DNA from: Candidatus Latescibacterota bacterium
GTDB lineage: Bacteria > Latescibacterota > UBA2968 > GCA-2709665
DNA length: 64,000 bases
Reading direction: 5' to 3'
NCBI GenBank assembly: GCA_965237675.1
Contig: OZ250150.1
Location: 3,520,001 to 3,584,000, forward strand
A program made the position numbers and the translations under genes. The stretch's first letter is position 1. Each line of letters starts with the position of its first letter. This document shows, one piece after another, positions 38,989 through 49,225 of the stretch. Below the pieces are notes generated by a model. It had not been told where the DNA came from, made no database searches, and saw only the letters and a list, made by a program, of their open reading frames with translations.

Positions 38989-39713
38989 AAACGAACCGCA
39001 CGGAACTGGAGGGCGGGATGCCAGGAGACTCCATAGTGATTGAGGCAGAAGGCGTGAGTAAGATTTATCGCGCCGGGGACGTGCGGGTGCCGGCGTTGAG
39101 GTCCGTGGATCTGAGCGTCGAACGGGGTGAGTTTACCGCCATCGCGGGACCGTCCGGATCGGGGAAGTCTACGTTGCTCAACATCCTGAGTGGACTGGAT
39201 TCGCCTACGTCCGGCCGGGTGTTGCTGGGTGGACGGCCGATCAGCGAGATGGGAGGCCGGGCACTGTCGGATTTTCGGCGGGACCATATCGGGTTTATAT
39301 TCCAGGCGTATAATTTGATCCCGGTACTGACGGTGCTCGAGAACATCGAATATGTCATGCTGCTGCAGGGGGTGCCGCAGCAAGCGCGCCGCGAACGGGT
39401 GCGAGAGATATTGGCCCTCGTGGGTCTGGAGGGGATGGAGGGCCGGCGTCCACCCCAGCTTTCCGGCGGGCAACAGCAACGTGTGGCGATTGCCCGGGCA
39501 ATGGTCTCGGAGCCGGACCTGATTCTCGCGGATGAACCCACGGCGAATCTGGACTCGAACACCGGATCGGCGCTGCTGGATCTGATGAGAGAATTGAACA
39601 CGCGCCGGCGCATGACATTTCTGTTTTCTTCGCACGATCAGATGATTGTGGATCGGGCGAAACGGCTGGTGGTGCTCAAGGATGGACAGATTGCGCAGGA
39701 TGTTACTCGTTGA
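38985..39713 (+). CDS. ABC transporter ATP-binding protein (LolD-like)
   Basis: Walker [10 protein letters not shown], signature [13 protein letters not shown], Walker B LILADEPT. Confidence 0.96.
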   Translation: MKTNRTELEGGMPGDSIVIEAEGVSKIYRAGDVRVPALRSVDLSVERGEFTAIAGPSGSGKSTLLNILSGLDSPTSGRVLLGGRPISEMGGRALSDFRRDHIGFIFQAYNLIPVLTVLENIEYVMLLQGVPQQARRERVREILALVGLEGMEGRRPPQLSGGQQQRVAIARAMVSEPDLILADEPTANLDSNTGSALLDLMRELNTRRRMTFLFSSHDQMIVDRAKRLVVLKDGQIAQDVTR

Positions 39714-40965
39714 GGTTAGCAGCCGGTCTTATCCGCAAGAGCATGGGTCGCTCCTTTGTTGTCTGGTTCTTTTGGCTCTGATGATCCCGACACCGGGGTG
39801 GACGGACGAAGGCCGCCTTAGCCTGACCGGTTACGTGAAGGGTTTCGCGATGGTCCGGGAGCCGGTGTCCGATACGGAAATCCGGGACCCGGAGACCCAA
39901 CGGATATTGTTGAACCGCGTTCGCTTGAAGTTGTTCTGGCGTCCGGGTTTCGGGGTGACGGGAGAGTTCGCGTACGAATTGTCCGGAAGAGCCCCTGGGG
40001 CGCCGTCCTCTGATGCCTCCCGGTTGCCGGCGCCCGCGCCATTCGATTACCGGGTGAAGGATCTCAGGACGAGACTGTATCCCGCCCCGGGCGCCGAGCG
40101 CCGCGGGTTTACCATCACCCAGAATTTGGACCGGGCGGTGGTGACGATTTCACTGCCACGTGCGGATGTCTACCTGGGCCGGCAGGTCGTCGCTTTCGGT
40201 TCGGCACGGGTGGTGAATCCGACCGATGTCGTGGCGCCTTATTCCCCGCAAGCGCTGGACAAAGAAGAACGCGTTGGAGTGGATGCGATCAGGTTGCGCG
40301 TGCCGGTTGGGATGATGGGCGAACTGGACGCGGGTGTCATTCCAGGATGGGATCTTTCGAAGAAGAGTGGCGCCGGCTTTGTACGCGGCCGTTTTTTTTC
40401 GCACGGAACCGATGTTTATGTGATGGCGATGGGGTTCCAGGATCGTCTGCTACTGGGTGTAGACCTGGCCCGGTCGCTGGGGGATGCGGGCGCGTGGCTG
40501 GAGGCCGCGTGGACCCGCACTCCGGCGGGCCGGTCGTTTCTGCGGGTTTCGACCGGTCTCGACTATCGATTTTCCAATGGTGCCTATGGAACCCTCGAGT
40601 ATCACCTGAACGGCGCGGGTGTTTCCAGTACACGAGACTATTGGAGGTTGTTCGCCGATCGGACCTATGCAGCGGGGGGAGTCTACCTGTTGGGCAGGCA
40701 CTATGTCGCGCCGGCTATGGCATGGCAGCTCACACCGCTCTGGTCGGTTCGCATGCCCGTGCTGTGGAACCTGTCGGACCGGTCGGCATATCTGTCGCCC
40801 GCATTTGAGTACGGATTCCTGCAGGATGCGTTTGTTTCCGGCGGCGTGCTTTATGGGTATGGACGGGGCCCCGCACCGGTACGCACCGGGGTCTCAGAGA
40901 AAGTTGAATCGGAGTTCGGACTTTATCCGACAGTGTGTTTCGCGTCTTTGCATTATTATTTCTGA
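39700..40965 (+). CDS. Putative outer-membrane beta-barrel protein
   Basis: Hydrophobic signal; NLDRA, GRQVVAFG, NPTD, GVDAIR; C-terminal ASLHYYF beta-signal; start uncertain. Confidence 0.75.
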   Translation: MLLVEVSSRSYPQEHGSLLCCLVLLALMIPTPGWTDEGRLSLTGYVKGFAMVREPVSDTEIRDPETQRILLNRVRLKLFWRPGFGVTGEFAYELSGRAPGAPSSDASRLPAPAPFDYRVKDLRTRLYPAPGAERRGFTITQNLDRAVVTISLPRADVYLGRQVVAFGSARVVNPTDVVAPYSPQALDKEERVGVDAIRLRVPVGMMGELDAGVIPGWDLSKKSGAGFVRGRFFSHGTDVYVMAMGFQDRLLLGVDLARSLGDAGAWLEAAWTRTPAGRSFLRVSTGLDYRFSNGAYGTLEYHLNGAGVSSTRDYWRLFADRTYAAGGVYLLGRHYVAPAMAWQLTPLWSVRMPVLWNLSDRSAYLSPAFEYGFLQDAFVSGGVLYGYGRGPAPVRTGVSEKVESEFGLYPTVCFASLHYYF

Positions 40966-41106
40966 CGGTGGCAGGGCCTGCGTACACCGTCGATCGGACG
41001 TCCGCACTTCGGCGTCGTCCGGGCATGGTTCGGCGCTTCGATCGCCGGTTTTGTCTTTAACTCACCGACGGAAAACGGAGTCTGGCATATCAACGGAGAG
41101 ATTTTC

Positions 41107-42150
41107 ATGAATGACGGAAGCAACGCGGCACGCGTACATAGAGACGCTCTGGTGATCGATTCGCACAACGATGCGATCGTCAATCATATTCGCCGGGGAA
41201 ATCTGGGATTTTCCGGCGCCCCCCCACCTGACGGAGACCGCCGGAACGCGAGTGTGGCCGGATTGAGAGGGCTGCTGGACCGGCAGGCCATCGAAGCCCC
41301 GGTACAGATCGATTTTCCCAAGATGCGAAAGGGAGGCCTGGACGCCGCTTTTTTCGCCGTCGATGTCACCCTTGCCGTGAAGAACCATCTGACCTATGCG
41401 CTGGACGCCATGGGGTTTTTCGACTCTGAACTGGAAGCACACGGTGGCGAAGTAGTGCTGGCGAAATCCGCCGGCGACATCTTGCGCGCAAAACGGGACG
41501 GCAAACTGGCGGTCGTGCTGGCGATCGAGAACAGCGACGGGGTGGAGGGCAGCGTGAATGTACTTCGCATGCTTCACAGGATGGGCATACGTTCGATCGG
41601 ACTGACGCACGATGTCAGCAGTCTGGCCGCACACGGAAATGCCGAGGCACGTACCCGCGGCGGACTGACCCGTTTCGGCGTGCGGCTTGTAGAGGAGATG
41701 AACGGCCTGGGGATGCTGGTGGATGTGTCGCACATCAGCGAAGCCGGATTCTGGGATGTGATGGACGTTTCTCAAAAGCCGGTGATCGCTTCGCACAGCA
41801 ACTGCAAGGCGGTATGCGACCACCCAAGAAACTTGAGCAACGAACAGATCAGAGCGCTTGCGAAAAACGGAGGGTCGATGGGTGTGACCTTTGTGCCCCG
41901 TTTCGTCGATACGACAGCACCCACATTCATGCGCCTTATTGACCATGTGGACCACGCCGTGCAGCTTGTGGGCGTGGATCACGTGGGCATCGGATCGGAT
42001 TTCGACGGCGGGGGCACGCTGTTGGACGACGCGACTACGTTTCCTCGAATTACCGGGGGATTGTTGGCGCGGGGTTATTCGGAGGGTGAGGTGGGCAAGA
42101 TTCTCGGCGAGAACCACCTCAGGGTGCTGAGGGAAGCAATAGGATGCTGA
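41107..42150 (+). CDS. Membrane dipeptidase (peptidase M19 family)
   Basis: IDSHND, IEN, LVDVSH, ASHSN, HPRN, GIGSDFDG, ILGEN. Confidence 0.95.
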   Translation: MNDGSNAARVHRDALVIDSHNDAIVNHIRRGNLGFSGAPPPDGDRRNASVAGLRGLLDRQAIEAPVQIDFPKMRKGGLDAAFFAVDVTLAVKNHLTYALDAMGFFDSELEAHGGEVVLAKSAGDILRAKRDGKLAVVLAIENSDGVEGSVNVLRMLHRMGIRSIGLTHDVSSLAAHGNAEARTRGGLTRFGVRLVEEMNGLGMLVDVSHISEAGFWDVMDVSQKPVIASHSNCKAVCDHPRNLSNEQIRALAKNGGSMGVTFVPRFVDTTAPTFMRLIDHVDHAVQLVGVDHVGIGSDFDGGGTLLDDATTFPRITGGLLARGYSEGEVGKILGENHLRVLREAIGC

Positions 42151-42241
42151 AGCCGGCCTCCGATCGGGATGGTATGATCCTCGGGCCGGCTGCGTTCGGG
42201 TGGCGCAGCGCGGAGACACCCTGACGGGGGCCGATGTGCCT

Positions 42242-43111
42242 TTACCCGATGGACGGTACTTTGATTTTCTTTTTCTGGGCGATGGATTTTTCCATCGCTT
42301 CCAGTACGGCAACCGGCTTCAGCATGGACTCGCGCGTTTCGTCGGTGATACCGGTTTTAAACATGCCGCAGAAGGCTTCTGCGCCACCCAGATAAGGATT
42401 GTCGTCATAGCGGATGGTGCGGTCGACGCGTCCTTTTTCGCAGATGACAGACACGTGAAAGGCGGTGTGACCTTCGGCGAAAAGATTGAGTGTGGAGATG
42501 GCTCCGCTTGAGGAGTAAAGCGTGCCGGTATGATTCTTTTTACCCCGGTTGACCTCCGCGTGGGTAATGTCGTTGTCAAGCAGACGCACGACCATGTCGA
42601 CCTGGTGGATGCCATAGAAGAAGACGCCGCTCCACCTGGATTTGATATCGCACGGACCGGTCGTGACCACGGAGACAACCCGACCCAACTCACCGATCTC
42701 TTTTTTGAGTTGGCTGAAGGACTTCTGTTTGGGTAGCACCGAGAAGGAGCAGACAGGCACCCCGAGTTCCGCCGCACGGTCCAGGAAACGCTTGCCCTCC
42801 GAGACGCGATAGCAGAACGGTTTGTCCACAAATACGGGGATTCCGGCTTCTATTAACGGCCAGACCGCGGGCAGGTGGTATTTCGCGTCGCGATGGTCCA
42901 CGCATGCGGCGTCGACCTGACCGATCATATCTTCGGGGTTCCTGACGATATTGGGAATCTGTCCACGATCCTGGGCGTCTTTGGCGTACCGGGCGGCTTC
43001 GCCCCATACATGGGTGACGCGGCAGCCCGGTACTTTTTTGTCGATGTTCAACGTTTTCGAAATGGCGACGGTGTGGCTGTTCTCCGCGCCGACGATTCCG
43101 ATATTGAGCAT
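42242..43111 (-). CDS. Gfo/Idh/MocA family oxidoreductase
   Basis: IGIVGAENSH, VFVDKP, FYGIH; ATG 43111 preferred over the longer ORF that overlaps the next gene. Confidence 0.88.
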   Translation of the reverse strand: MLNIGIVGAENSHTVAISKTLNIDKKVPGCRVTHVWGEAARYAKDAQDRGQIPNIVRNPEDMIGQVDAACVDHRDAKYHLPAVWPLIEAGIPVFVDKPFCYRVSEGKRFLDRAAELGVPVCSFSVLPKQKSFSQLKKEIGELGRVVSVVTTGPCDIKSRWSGVFFYGIHQVDMVVRLLDNDITHAEVNRGKKNHTGTLYSSSGAISTLNLFAEGHTAFHVSVICEKGRVDRTIRYDDNPYLGGAEAFCGMFKTGITDETRESMLKPVAVLEAMEKSIAQKKKIKVPSIG

Positions 43112-43181
43112 ACGGGTCCTCCTGGGTTGGAATTGAGCTTGCGGCCGTGCGAAGACCGCTGGGGGTTTTTTGGGCAGCTTC

Positions 43182-44381
43182 TCAAGGCCTGGCGGGTGAG
43201 CCATCGGGCAGGCGGGTCTGCGTCCAGCCGATAATCTCATCCTGACAGGGGTGCTTCGAGGCGAGGTCCTCATTAATGTCGATTCCGAGGCCCGCCCGGT
43301 CGTTGGGATACATGTAACCGTCTTTGACTTCAGGCGTGCCCGGAAAGATTTCGTAGACGAGTTCGTTGAAACGGCACCACTCCTGGATGCCGAAGTTGGG
43401 CGCCCAGAGATCCAGGTGCAGGTTGGCGGCGTGGCCGACGGGCGAAACGTCGCCGGGACCGTGCCAGGCGGTGCGAATGCCGTACATGCCGGCAAAAACA
43501 GCCACATTGCGGGCGGGTGTCAGGCCACCCATCTGGCTGATGTGCATTCGGATAAAGTCAATCAGCCGATCCTGGATGAGTGGGGTCCACTCCCGCGGGT
43601 GGTTGAAGAGTTCCCCCATGGCGATGGGCGTGGCGCATTGACGCCGGATGTTGCGGAACCATTCCAGATCTTCCGGGGCGAGCGGATCCTCGAGGAAGAA
43701 CAGCTTGAAGGGTTCCGCATTTTTCGCGAACTGGACCGCATCTATCGGGACGAGACGTTCGTGTATGTCGTGGAGGAGTTCAATATGCGGGGCGGTGTTT
43801 GCACGGACATGCCCGATCATGTCGAGGATCCCGCGGGCGTATTCCCGTGGGTCATAATACGCACCCTCCTGTGCACCGTCCGGGCTGCGCATCCGGGATG
43901 TCCTGCCGCCGTACCCGCCCATCTGAACGCGAATGTGCTGGTAGCCATGTTCATGAAATTTCAGGACGTTGTCGAGGACTTCGTTTTTGTCTCGACCGTC
44001 GGCGTGTGCGTAACAGGCTGCGGCTTCGCGGCATTTGCCGCCAAGGAGCTGATAGACGGGCATGCCCGCGCGCTTGCCCTTGATGTCCCACAGCGCGATA
44101 TCGACGCCCGAAATCGCGTTGTTGAGTACCGGGCCGTTGCGCCAGTATCCGTTGACCATACACATCTGCCAGATGTCTTCGATTCGGTCGACGTCACGTC
44201 CGATGAGGAAGGGTTTGAGGTGTTTTTCAAGGGCGGTGCGGACCGCACGGAAACGCTGGGTGAATGTGGCGCAGCCGAGGCCGTAGAGACCGGGTTCGGA
44301 TGTGAGGACTTTGACCACGATGAGGCGTGATCCGGCCGGCTGGGTGAGGATGGTTCTGACGTCGCGGATGGTGACGGGCAC
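43182..44381 (-). CDS. Enolase-superfamily sugar-acid dehydratase (RspA/mannonate dehydratase-like)
   Basis: YWRNGPV, DIALWDIKGK, LLHDIHER, FLEDP, AMGE, TAWHGPGDVSP, QE. Confidence 0.93.
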   Translation of the reverse strand: MPVTIRDVRTILTQPAGSRLIVVKVLTSEPGLYGLGCATFTQRFRAVRTALEKHLKPFLIGRDVDRIEDIWQMCMVNGYWRNGPVLNNAISGVDIALWDIKGKRAGMPVYQLLGGKCREAAACYAHADGRDKNEVLDNVLKFHEHGYQHIRVQMGGYGGRTSRMRSPDGAQEGAYYDPREYARGILDMIGHVRANTAPHIELLHDIHERLVPIDAVQFAKNAEPFKLFFLEDPLAPEDLEWFRNIRRQCATPIAMGELFNHPREWTPLIQDRLIDFIRMHISQMGGLTPARNVAVFAGMYGIRTAWHGPGDVSPVGHAANLHLDLWAPNFGIQEWCRFNELVYEIFPGTPEVKDGYMYPNDRAGLGIDINEDLASKHPCQDEIIGWTQTRLPDGSPARP

Positions 44382-44540
44382 GGGCGACTCCCGGACGAGA
44401 CAACGGTTGCGTAGGCGGCGCGATCCCAGTCTACTTTAATAAGGCCTGTCCGGCGAAATGTCCACGGATATTTTCAGGGGTGATCCGTGGGGGCCGTATT
44501 CCGGTCGCCGATCAGCCGCGAATCGGAAAATGGACGGGGT

Positions 44541-45845
44541 CTAAAGCCGTCCTTCTTTCTGAAGAATATCTCCGGCGATGGCATAGGTCGTCCCGTGCAT
44601 GCCGATCACCACGAGGCCGATGCCTTCGGCCAGGTAACCGCCGGGGTACATGTTGGGAATGGTCGTGGATTCGTAATTGTGCGGATGTATGGGCAATTGA
44701 TTGAGCTGAAAACGATAGTTGTCGTATTTGTCCACCAGGGGCAGTTCGGGAAACCCCTCGAGGAGGGAGTAATCCGCGATGCCGCCGATTTCCACGATGA
44801 CATGGTCGATTTCCAGGGTCTCCCGGTTATTCCTGCAGGCAAGGGTGGCGAGGCCGCCGGACGTGCCCTGCTCGAAACTGACGATTCGGGTTTCATACCG
44901 GGTATTCAGCCGGGGGGACCGTCTTTCCATGATATCGGCAATGCGCGCGTAATAAGGAAGGCCGTAACGGCTGTCGGAAATGAGGCGCCAATGACGATCG
45001 AAGCGCTGGCGCATGACGTATTCTACATGTTTACCCGCGTCGTGCAGTTCGGTTGCCGCCCAGTCCGCGGATCGGCCGCCGCCCACAACGAGGATGCGTT
45101 CGCCGGTATAATCTTCCGGTTGGTCGTATCCGGAAGAAACGAACGGGAGGTGTTCGCCGGGAACATCAAGCTCGCGCAGGATGCAGCGCTGCCCGACCGC
45201 GTATACGAGGTATTTGCAGGTGTAACGCCGGACCGTATCCGTGTCGACTTCGCAGCATGTGAGCATGAAACCCTCGTTGTGCGGCTGGATGAGCGTGACT
45301 CGCTCGTATGTGCGGATGTGGTCGGCGACTTCGAAGCGGTCAGGGACGGCGTGGTAGTAATCGATGAGGTGATGTTTGGCGATTAAGGCGTTGACATCCA
45401 GGTCGATCTGGTTTTCGCGGCAATGGCGGTCGAGCGGATAGAAGGCGAATTCCATCCACTGCCCGGGAGAGAGCGTGAGCATGTTCTTAGGTACATTGTT
45501 CCAGACCCCGCCTACTTTCTCCTGGGTAATCAGCAATACGTCGACCGGTTCGCGTCTGTGGAATTCCATAGCGATTTCATCCAGCCCGCGGTATTTCTGT
45601 CCCGGATGGTGTAGAAGGCGAAACAGGTCCACCGGACGGATGCCGGCGTCCACGACAGCTCTGAAATCCAGCCCAAGCAACGTGCCGTTCGCGCCACGAA
45701 GGTAGCGGTCGACGGGCGCGTACCGATCGCGGAAGAGCGCCCCGCCGCGGTAATGCGGATGCCATCCGCCGAGCACGACGGCCAATGGCAGACCCGCCGG
45801 CCCCCCGCCCACGATGATGACGGTATGGTGTTCGGGTGTGACCAT
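44541..45845 (-). CDS. FAD/NAD(P)-dependent oxidoreductase, OSGIN1/OKL38-like
   Basis: Two Rossmann motifs (IVGGGPAG, VVGGGRSA); GGVWNNVPKNMLTLSPGQWM, LDVPGEHLPFV, HPHNYES. Confidence 0.85.
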   Translation of the reverse strand: MVTPEHHTVIIVGGGPAGLPLAVVLGGWHPHYRGGALFRDRYAPVDRYLRGANGTLLGLDFRAVVDAGIRPVDLFRLLHHPGQKYRGLDEIAMEFHRREPVDVLLITQEKVGGVWNNVPKNMLTLSPGQWMEFAFYPLDRHCRENQIDLDVNALIAKHHLIDYYHAVPDRFEVADHIRTYERVTLIQPHNEGFMLTCCEVDTDTVRRYTCKYLVYAVGQRCILRELDVPGEHLPFVSSGYDQPEDYTGERILVVGGGRSADWAATELHDAGKHVEYVMRQRFDRHWRLISDSRYGLPYYARIADIMERRSPRLNTRYETRIVSFEQGTSGGLATLACRNNRETLEIDHVIVEIGGIADYSLLEGFPELPLVDKYDNYRFQLNQLPIHPHNYESTTIPNMYPGGYLAEGIGLVVIGMHGTTYAIAGDILQKEGRL

Positions 45846-46006
45846 GAAATTCCCGGAACCGCCGTTGGCTCACCTGGCGCGGCGAGATGTCGGTTGCCGC
45901 ACACCCTTAAAGGGTGAAACAATCGACCTCCGGCGGTACGTAATCCACACGGGAAGCGGTCGGCCCGCTGCGTGCGAGGGCCGGACGTAAACCTGCGGGG
46001 TTGACC

Positions 46007-46035
46007 TTGACTTCAGCCGTTGAATAGCGTATGAT
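46007..46035 (+). promoter_or_regulatory. Sigma70-type promoter of the aminotransferase operon
   Basis: TTGACT (46007-12), 17 nt, TATGAT (46030-35); overlaps ATG 46031, which supports the later start. Confidence 0.6.
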
Positions 46036-46120
46036 GGAGCTTCTGATATCGAGGCTACAAAGTAGATCTGACGCCCCGGAGAGTCAAGCCAAATATCATC
46101 AATTAAAACGGGAGAAGCCG

Positions 46121-47488
46121 GTGTCCGACACACATCAACTGGATGTTGGGGAAATTCGGGCGCAGGACCGCGCGCACGTGTGGCACCCGATGGTGCAGCA
46201 CCGGTCTCTGGAGCACCTGGATCTGATGGTGGTCCACAAAGGGAAGGGAACAAGGGTGGTGGACGCCGAGGGTCGGGAGTACCTGGATGCGTACGCGGGA
46301 CTCTGGAATGTCAACGTGGGGTACGGCCGCCAGGAGATTGCCGCGGCCGTGTACGAGCAGATGTTGCAGCTTTCGTACTATCCACACCTCCAGGTGAATC
46401 TGCCTGCGGCAAAACTGGCATCCAGACTGGCGGACATGCTGCCCGGAGATCTGAACCATCTGTTTTTCTGCAACAGCGGTTCGGAGGCGAACGAGACGGC
46501 GTTGAAGATTGCGCGGCAGTACGGCCGGCAGAAATTTCCGGGCCAGAACCGGTACAAGGTGATCGCGCGATACCAGGGTTACCATGGGTTTACATTTGGT
46601 GCTATGTCGGCAACGGGACAGGTTGCGAGGCGGGCCAAGTTCGAACCCCTGATGCCGGGGTTCTTCCACGTGGACCCTCCCTACTGTTATCGCTGCCCGT
46701 TGAAACTGACCTATCCCGACTGCGGCGTGGCGTGCGTGGACGAGGTCGAAGAGGTCATTGTCCGGGAGGATCCGGCAACGGTAGTTGCGGTCATCGCCGA
46801 ACCGATTATCGGCGGCGGCGGCGTGATCATCCCGCCGGACGAGTACCTTCCCCGCCTGCGTGAGATCTGCGACCGGTATGGCGTGCTTTTGATTCTTGAC
46901 GAAGTGATTACGGGGTTTGGCCGTACAGGCAAACTGTTCGCGTCGGAACACTGGGATGTGGTTCCGGACGTGATGACCATGGCCAAAGGGGTGTCCAGCG
47001 GATACCTCCCCCTCGGGGCATGCGCGGTGACGTCGGAGGTGTTCGAAACATTTAAGGGCGAGCCCGGCGAAGAGCGGGAATTCTCCTCGGTGGCCACCTA
47101 TGGCGGGCACCCGGTTTGTTGCGCTGCGGCCCTGGCGAATCTGGACATTCTGGTGGCCGAAAGATTGTGGGAGAATTCAGCGGAGGTGGGCGCGTACCTT
47201 CTGGACGAATTGAGAGGGCTGGATTCACCGTTCGTCGGCGATGTGCGAGGCAAGGGGCTGATGATCGCCGTGGAACTCACCGCGGAGAATGGCGCCATGG
47301 TCGATGCCGCGCGGGTTGCTGCCGTGCAGGCGGGCATTATGGAACACGGCGTGATCGTGGGGCGCATGAGCCACGTGATGGCCGGGCCGGAAAGCATTTT
47401 CTTTCTGGCGCCGCCCCTGATACTGACCCGGAAAGAAGCGGATCGAATTGTGTCGGCGTTCTATGCGGGGCTCAAGCGCATCTCCTGA
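46121..47488 (+). CDS. Class III PLP-dependent aminotransferase (omega-amine/BioA-like)
   Basis: YLDAYAGLWNVNVGYG, SGSEANE, YHG, DEVITGFGRTG, TMAKGVSSGY, TYGGHP; GTG start with GGGAG RBS. Confidence 0.95.
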   Translation: MSDTHQLDVGEIRAQDRAHVWHPMVQHRSLEHLDLMVVHKGKGTRVVDAEGREYLDAYAGLWNVNVGYGRQEIAAAVYEQMLQLSYYPHLQVNLPAAKLASRLADMLPGDLNHLFFCNSGSEANETALKIARQYGRQKFPGQNRYKVIARYQGYHGFTFGAMSATGQVARRAKFEPLMPGFFHVDPPYCYRCPLKLTYPDCGVACVDEVEEVIVREDPATVVAVIAEPIIGGGGVIIPPDEYLPRLREICDRYGVLLILDEVITGFGRTGKLFASEHWDVVPDVMTMAKGVSSGYLPLGACAVTSEVFETFKGEPGEEREFSSVATYGGHPVCCAAALANLDILVAERLWENSAEVGAYLLDELRGLDSPFVGDVRGKGLMIAVELTAENGAMVDAARVAAVQAGIMEHGVIVGRMSHVMAGPESIFFLAPPLILTRKEADRIVSAFYAGLKRIS

Positions 47489-47499
47489 CAGAGGACGTT

Positions 47500-47658
47500 G
47501 TGGCGAACGGCTACGGAACATCCGAACTATCGAGCGGGAAGACAGGCGCACGTATTGATGCATTGATGGAGGTGACGCATGAACTCCTCGCCCTGGAGGA
47601 CCGGGATGCGGAAAAGATCCCGGGTCTGGCGACGCTGCTTATGAAAGCACTATCGTAG
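47500..47658 (+). CDS. Possible 52-aa small protein
   Basis: GAGGA RBS plus GTG; fills the gap between two co-oriented genes; amphipathic helix. Confidence 0.35.
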   Translation: MANGYGTSELSSGKTGARIDALMEVTHELLALEDRDAEKIPGLATLLMKALS

Positions 47659-47665
47659 AGCGTAT

Positions 47666-49225
47666 ATGCAGTGTTTCTACCGACATTACCTCGCCCTTCG
47701 GAAGGAGATGGAAGCCTGGTTGTCGCAGAGCCGGAGGATGGACCCGCCGGGCCGGCACGGCGGGGGAGAGGATGAAGCGAACTATGCCCTGGCCTGGTTT
47801 CCGCACTTTCTGGTCACGGGCAGTTCAGCAGTTGTGGAACATTTTGAGCATCTCCGGGATCGCCTTGCGGGTTGGGTCCAACGGGAATGTCTGCACGGCT
47901 ACGAGCCGGAGGCCGAGGCGCATCATGGTACCGAACCGTTTCTGCTTTTCCTCCCGCGCTACCTGGGTCTTTTTCCGGAAGATCGGGTGGCAACGGGACT
48001 ACTCGCCGATGCGGCGGAACATATCGGGAACTGGGTCAAGGGGATTCCGGCGTGGTTCGACTGGGAGCGGAATCGGTTCTACGGATACCACATCGGAACC
48101 CGAACCGTGGGGCGGGATCCGGAGCACGCGGTGGAACTGGCGGAGCATTTTCGGTTCATTCATATCTCCCTGGCGGCTTTCCGTGTGCTGAACGACGAGC
48201 GGTATCTGGATTGGGCGTTGCGATACGGCCGGCGTCGCGCGGAGATGATCGTGGCAGCGCCGACAGGACCCGTGCCGGTGATGTGGGGGCCGGATGGCCA
48301 GCCGATCAGCGAAGGCGGTTACACGGAATCGCAGCGCAGGATGAGTGGCGCCAGCCATCATGTACGGGGGGATCCGTCCGTGGGCGTGGAGGTGCTTCTC
48401 GCCTCGGGCGCTGTCTACGCGCTGGGGGATCTGTACCTTCTTTCCGGGGAGCATGTATTTCGTGACGCGGCATTTCGGATCGTTGAGACGCTTGTCGACA
48501 TGCTACGTGACCCCTATGGCGATCCGGGCGCGGTTGCTGTCTCCTATTATCGTGGCACATTTGGCGATGATACCCTGGATGGCCGTATCCGTGAGATGGT
48601 TGTGCAGATCCCGGACGAGGAAGCCGGTGAACTCGTGTTGATGGTGCCCGAGATTCCGAGGATGGTCTTTTCCGGCGTCGGAAAACGGGCGGATATGGTG
48701 TACTGGGGTGTGCAGGCAGACGGCATGGAACTGGTTGCACCCACGCGCGAGCTCTGTACGGCCTCGTTGACGTTGGCCTACCAGATTACCGGCGATGTTT
48801 CTTTTGCATCGCGGGCGTTGAGGCAGGCGTCCAGAAAGTTACGGGTGGCGCGGCGCGTCTTGAGGGGAGGTCGGGAGCACGCGGACATGGGCGGGGCGGT
48901 CTGCTCCGTGGCGGCCGGCCACGGGCGAAATTGGGGTTCGGGAACGGTGACCGGATGTTACGGGCCTCTCTTGCTGGGTACCAGAGAACGCCTGAGCGCC
49001 GTGATCCCTGTGGTGGAGTTTCGCCGGTCGGACGGTGCGTACGGTTTGCCGGAACAGGTCGTTTCGCTGGTCATCCCGCCGGGGCCGGCGGAGGGGAGCG
49101 TTCGAATTCACAACGGCGGTGACACGGATGTAACCGTTTCCTGGAGGCAGCCGGAAGCGGCGTGGCAGGATGTTACGCTGCCGCCCGGCGGCGAGACAAA
49201 GGCGGTGCTGGAGGAGGATACGTGA
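47666..49225 (+). CDS. Hypothetical protein, probable (alpha/alpha)6 glycosidase/epimerase-like fold
   Basis: 519-aa ORF; helical repeats DERYLDWA, LYLLSGEHVFRDAA, AYQITGDVSF; EAHHGTE motif; stop overlaps the next start. Confidence 0.7.
   Translation: MQCFYRHYLALRKEMEAWLSQSRRMDPPGRHGGGEDEANYALAWFPHFLVTGSSAVVEHFEHLRDRLAGWVQRECLHGYEPEAEAHHGTEPFLLFLPRYLGLFPEDRVATGLLADAAEHIGNWVKGIPAWFDWERNRFYGYHIGTRTVGRDPEHAVELAEHFRFIHISLAAFRVLNDERYLDWALRYGRRRAEMIVAAPTGPVPVMWGPDGQPISEGGYTESQRRMSGASHHVRGDPSVGVEVLLASGAVYALGDLYLLSGEHVFRDAAFRIVETLVDMLRDPYGDPGAVAVSYYRGTFGDDTLDGRIREMVVQIPDEEAGELVLMVPEIPRMVFSGVGKRADMVYWGVQADGMELVAPTRELCTASLTLAYQITGDVSFASRALRQASRKLRVARRVLRGGREHADMGGAVCSVAAGHGRNWGSGTVTGCYGPLLLGTRERLSAVIPVVEFRRSDGAYGLPEQVVSLVIPPGPAEGSVRIHNGGDTDVTVSWRQPEAAWQDVTLPPGGETKAVLEEDT

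Noticed and set aside
42242-43507. 421-aa version of the Gfo/Idh/MocA ORF
   Set aside because: The N-terminal extension overlaps the dehydratase gene in another frame; the Rossmann fold starts at ATG 43111.
1210-44330. Long opposite-strand ORFs (1210-2451, 4967-6364, 8562-9653, 29524-30630, 41062-42312, 43251-44330 and others)
   Set aside because: They are shadows of well-supported genes in GC-rich DNA and contain no recognisable motifs.
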